A model generated the notes under the pieces. It saw only the letters and a list, made by a program, of their open reading frames with translations, was not told the origin of the DNA and made no database searches. A DNA stretch of 40,552 nucleotides. Source: a bacterium. Its GTDB lineage: Bacteria; Fidelibacterota; Marinisomatia; Marinisomatales; JAHJCW01. Below are positions 38,495 through 40,552 of the stretch, one piece after another. The translations under genes were made by a program, and so were the position numbers. How positions within the stretch are numbered: the first letter of the stretch is position 1; each line of letters starts with the position of its first letter. Where the stretch lies: assembly GCA_030606865.1 (NCBI GenBank), contig JAUWFQ010000003.1:1-40552 (forward strand), given 5' to 3'.

Positions 38495-39290
38495 AGTGAA
38501 ATCCCGCCTGTCCCGTATTTATCGGGGATTTTTATCGGGGAACAAATATTTGATAATTATTTTATTTTCCGCCTCTGCGATTTTTGCCCAGCGGACGGTG
38601 CCCAATGGCAAAGAATTAGTAGAAAAAATGACGGCTATAATGACTCAAGAAAACAGCAAAGCCACAATGACACAGACAATTACAACAAGCAGTGGCAAAC
38701 AGCGAACCTTTGAATTTGAAATGTTTACTGCAAACGAAGGTGAAAAAACATTGATGCGTTATTTAAAACCTTCTGCCGCACGAGGACAAGCATTTTTGAT
38801 GTTAAATAATGCTGATGATATATGGACATACTTCCCAAGAACTAAACGTATTAGGAAATTATCATCTAGCTCTAAAAACCAAAAAGTACAAGGCAGCGAT
38901 TTTTCATTTGAAGATATGGGATCAGGAGACTCTTGGGAAAAAGAATATAATAGCAATAATCTTGGATCGGAAAAATATGATAAAACTGATTGTTGGAAAT
39001 TAGAAAGTATCGGCATTCCGGAGCAAAATCCTTCATATCCTAAAATGGAGGTTCTTATTAGAAAGTCAGATTTCTATCCGGTAAAAATCGATTATTTTGA
39101 TGAAAATAATTACGTAGAGAAAACACTGTTTTTGGACGATATTAAAGAAATAGAAGGAGTTCCAACCGCAATGGAAATGACAATGAAAAATCATTTGAAG
39201 GGAACTGAAACCATAATGCAAACGCTAACAATTACTTATGATTGGGAACCTCCGGACAATTTCTTTTCTGAAAGGACATTGAAGAAATAG
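38484..39290 (+). CDS. outer-membrane lipoprotein-sorting protein (LolA-like family)
   Basis: Signal peptide ending AIFAQ; P...RG.AFL....DDIWTYFP...RIRKL...GSDFSFED; ends F.ERTLK. Confidence 0.82.
   Translation: MLNEVKSRLSRIYRGFLSGNKYLIIILFSASAIFAQRTVPNGKELVEKMTAIMTQENSKATMTQTITTSSGKQRTFEFEMFTANEGEKTLMRYLKPSAARGQAFLMLNNADDIWTYFPRTKRIRKLSSSSKNQKVQGSDFSFEDMGSGDSWEKEYNSNNLGSEKYDKTDCWKLESIGIPEQNPSYPKMEVLIRKSDFYPVKIDYFDENNYVEKTLFLDDIKEIEGVPTAMEMTMKNHLKGTETIMQTLTITYDWEPPDNFFSERTLKK
38499..38540. repeat. 42-nt nested palindrome in-frame within the CDS N-terminus
   Basis: AAATCCCG-CCTGTCCCGTATTTATCGGG-GATTTTTATCGGGG; related to 28763-28786. Confidence 0.6.
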
Positions 39291-39310
39291 GTAATTAGGA
39301 GATTAGGAAA
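39287..39310 (+). repeat. G-rich 8-nt array upstream of the four-helix-bundle gene
   Basis: ATAGGTAA TTAGGAGA TTAGGAAA, beginning at the TAG stop. Confidence 0.7.
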
Positions 39311-39332
39311 GCGTGTATGCTGAGAGAAAACA

Positions 39333-39719
39333 ATGACGATTCAAGAAAATAAAAGAGATTTTACATCTTTAGATGTTTGGAAAAAATGCCGGGAGTTAAG
39401 ACTGAAGATATATAAAAAAGTTTTAAAACTACTACCGGTAGAAAAAAAATATAATTTGAACGATCAAATTAGAAGAGCGGCTGTAAGTATAACTGCCAAT
39501 ATAGCAGAAGGATACGGAAGATTTAATTATCAAGAATCAATTCAATATTATAGAATATCTCGTGGCTCAATATATGAATTAAAAGATCATTTAATAACTT
39601 GTTTGGATTTAAAGTACATATCAGCAGAATTGTTTCAAACGTTTGAAGTAGATATAGAAGAAGCCACCAAACTTCTGAATGGCTATATCAGATATATTAA
39701 AGGTAAGAAAAATGAGTAA
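39333..39719 (+). CDS. four helix bundle protein (23S rRNA intervening-sequence protein / Avd-like family)
   Basis: F.SLDVWKK, LP..KKYNL.DQIRRAAVSITANIAEGYGR and ISRGSIYEL motifs. Confidence 0.92.
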   Translation: MTIQENKRDFTSLDVWKKCRELRLKIYKKVLKLLPVEKKYNLNDQIRRAAVSITANIAEGYGRFNYQESIQYYRISRGSIYELKDHLITCLDLKYISAELFQTFEVDIEEATKLLNGYIRYIKGKKNE

Positions 39720-39773
39720 AATATTTCGAGTTATAACATTTTTGATAATAATCAGTAATCTTTCATTATTTAC

Positions 39774-39861
39774 ATTCCTAATCCCTCTATCCCTCAAGCC
39801 CACAATATCCGATTTTCCCAATTCCCTAATATCCCAATTCCCTAATGCTCTAATCGCCCAA
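39774..39861 (+). repeat. C-rich 8-nt tandem array (11 units), complementary to the G-rich arrays
   Basis: ATTCCTAA TCCCTCTA TCCCTCAA GCCCACAA TATCCGAT TTTCCCAA TTCCCTAA TATCCCAA TTCCCTAA TGCTCTAA TCGCCCAA. Confidence 0.8.
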
Positions 39862-39900
39862 ACAGACTTTTTTGGCTATTACGAAGGCGAGTTTGATCAA

Positions 39901-39916
39901 CCGATACATTTATATA
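39901..39916 (+). promoter_or_regulatory. archaeal-type BRE/TATA candidate
   Basis: CCGATACA-TTTATATA about 45 nt upstream of ATG 39960. Confidence 0.4.
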
Positions 39917-39959
39917 CCTCTTTATCCTATCCTAATACTATATCTCTAAAGTACAAACG

Positions 39960-40552
39960 ATGCGCATGGTGAACACAAACGAAGCGGTTTCTCACGTATT
40001 AATAGTGTGGATGATATTAATCGTGTGCAAAATTATAATTGTAGTAACAGCGGTAGGAATTATAGGTATATGCATATGCACTGCTGCAACTCTGTGCGTT
40101 CCTGCCTCTGCCCCTGGAGATAATGTTGACATTGCAACCGCCGTGTACGGCTCGTCTATGAACGAAAACTTGAATATCCTACGAGAATTCCGCGATACCT
40201 TGTTGTTAACAAATCCACCGGGTAAATTCATCGTTGAAACATATCGTATAACGAGTCCACCAATAGCAGCCGCATTAGCGCATAATGTGCGATTATGCAC
40301 GGCAACACGAATAATACTGTTTACTCTCCTGGTCTACTTTTCCGCGCTCTGCCTGAACATAACGGCATTTGTCGCTTTTATTGTCCTTAATATTCTTATC
40401 CTGCTTTTCGTACTGAAACGTCACCACCTAAAAGTGCTCCTGACAGGCATCGGCTGTGCCGCAATAACCATCGCTGCATTTACGGTTACGGTGTTCACGC
40501 TCGGCGCTCTCGGCTATGAACTGCCGGTATGTGCCGCGATAGGTGCGTATCT
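39960..40552 (+). CDS. membrane protein with CFI-box-CTERM-like domain, 3' end outside the window
   Basis: My own translation: ...VDIATAVYGSSMNENLNILREFRDTLLLTNPPGKFIVETYRITSPPIAAALAHN... followed by several TM helices; frame open to the window end. Confidence 0.72.
   Translation, partial: MRMVNTNEAVSHVLIVWMILIVCKIIIVVTAVGIIGICICTAATLCVPASAPGDNVDIATAVYGSSMNENLNILREFRDTLLLTNPPGKFIVETYRITSPPIAAALAHNVRLCTATRIILFTLLVYFSALCLNITAFVAFIVLNILILLFVLKRHHLKVLLTGIGCAAITIAAFTVTVFTLGALGYELPVCAAIGAY

Larger units (their letters stand above)
39712..39972 (+). pseudogene. 5' fragment of an exported/outer-membrane protein, apparently truncated near 39900
   Basis: Signal-like MSKIFRVITFLIII..., repeat-encoded stretch, LIA|QTDFFGYYEGEFDQ, then unrelated-looking sequence and an early stop. 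Confidence 0.55.

Noticed and set aside
39333-39719. Diversity-generating retroelement or rRNA intervening sequence
   Set aside because: No reverse transcriptase, template/variable repeat pair or rRNA sequence in the window
37194-39861. CRISPR array or telomere-like repeats (TTAGG units)
   Set aside because: Units are degenerate 8-mers with no spacers, no cas genes and no fixed telomeric period
39992-40300. Minus-strand 102-aa ORF
   Set aside because: Antisense to the plus-strand ORF that carries recognisable CFI-box-CTERM-like motifs

Overview
AT-rich bacterial DNA from a Gram-negative organism (lipoproteins, FadL-type porin; an FCB/Marinimicrobia-like lineage is my inference). 1026-18363 is a near-complete de novo purine operon (purA-purL-[cupin]-purM-purQ-purC-purE-purB-purF-purD-[Type IIG-like RM fusion]-purN-purH). 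It has no purK or stand-alone purS: PurE is class II-like and PurQ carries two PurS-like C-terminal repeats. The rest holds a GDPD, a degenerate penicillin-acylase homolog, mutM, a DHFR-like gene, an M16 peptidase, two lipoproteins, SDR, NUDIX, an ICMT-like gene, lpdA, a DHODH-like flavoprotein, PFOR (nifJ), a phytoene-desaturase-family oxidoreductase and a TetR-regulated envelope operon interrupted by a four-helix-bundle (IVP/Avd-like) gene. The most striking non-coding signal is a set of 7-, 8- and 9-nt periodic repeats. Purine-rich arms start right at stop codons and complementary pyrimidine-rich arms lie at or inside the start of downstream genes, at the junctions where extra genes sit in conserved operons. 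Also present: a candidate sigma54/enhancer-driven structured RNA, a candidate ECF-driven sRNA, nested REP-like palindromes (one in-frame in a signal peptide), and an abrupt switch at a GATC (~39.9 kb) into archaeal-looking DNA. I recognised no rRNA, tRNA, CRISPR array or transposase.
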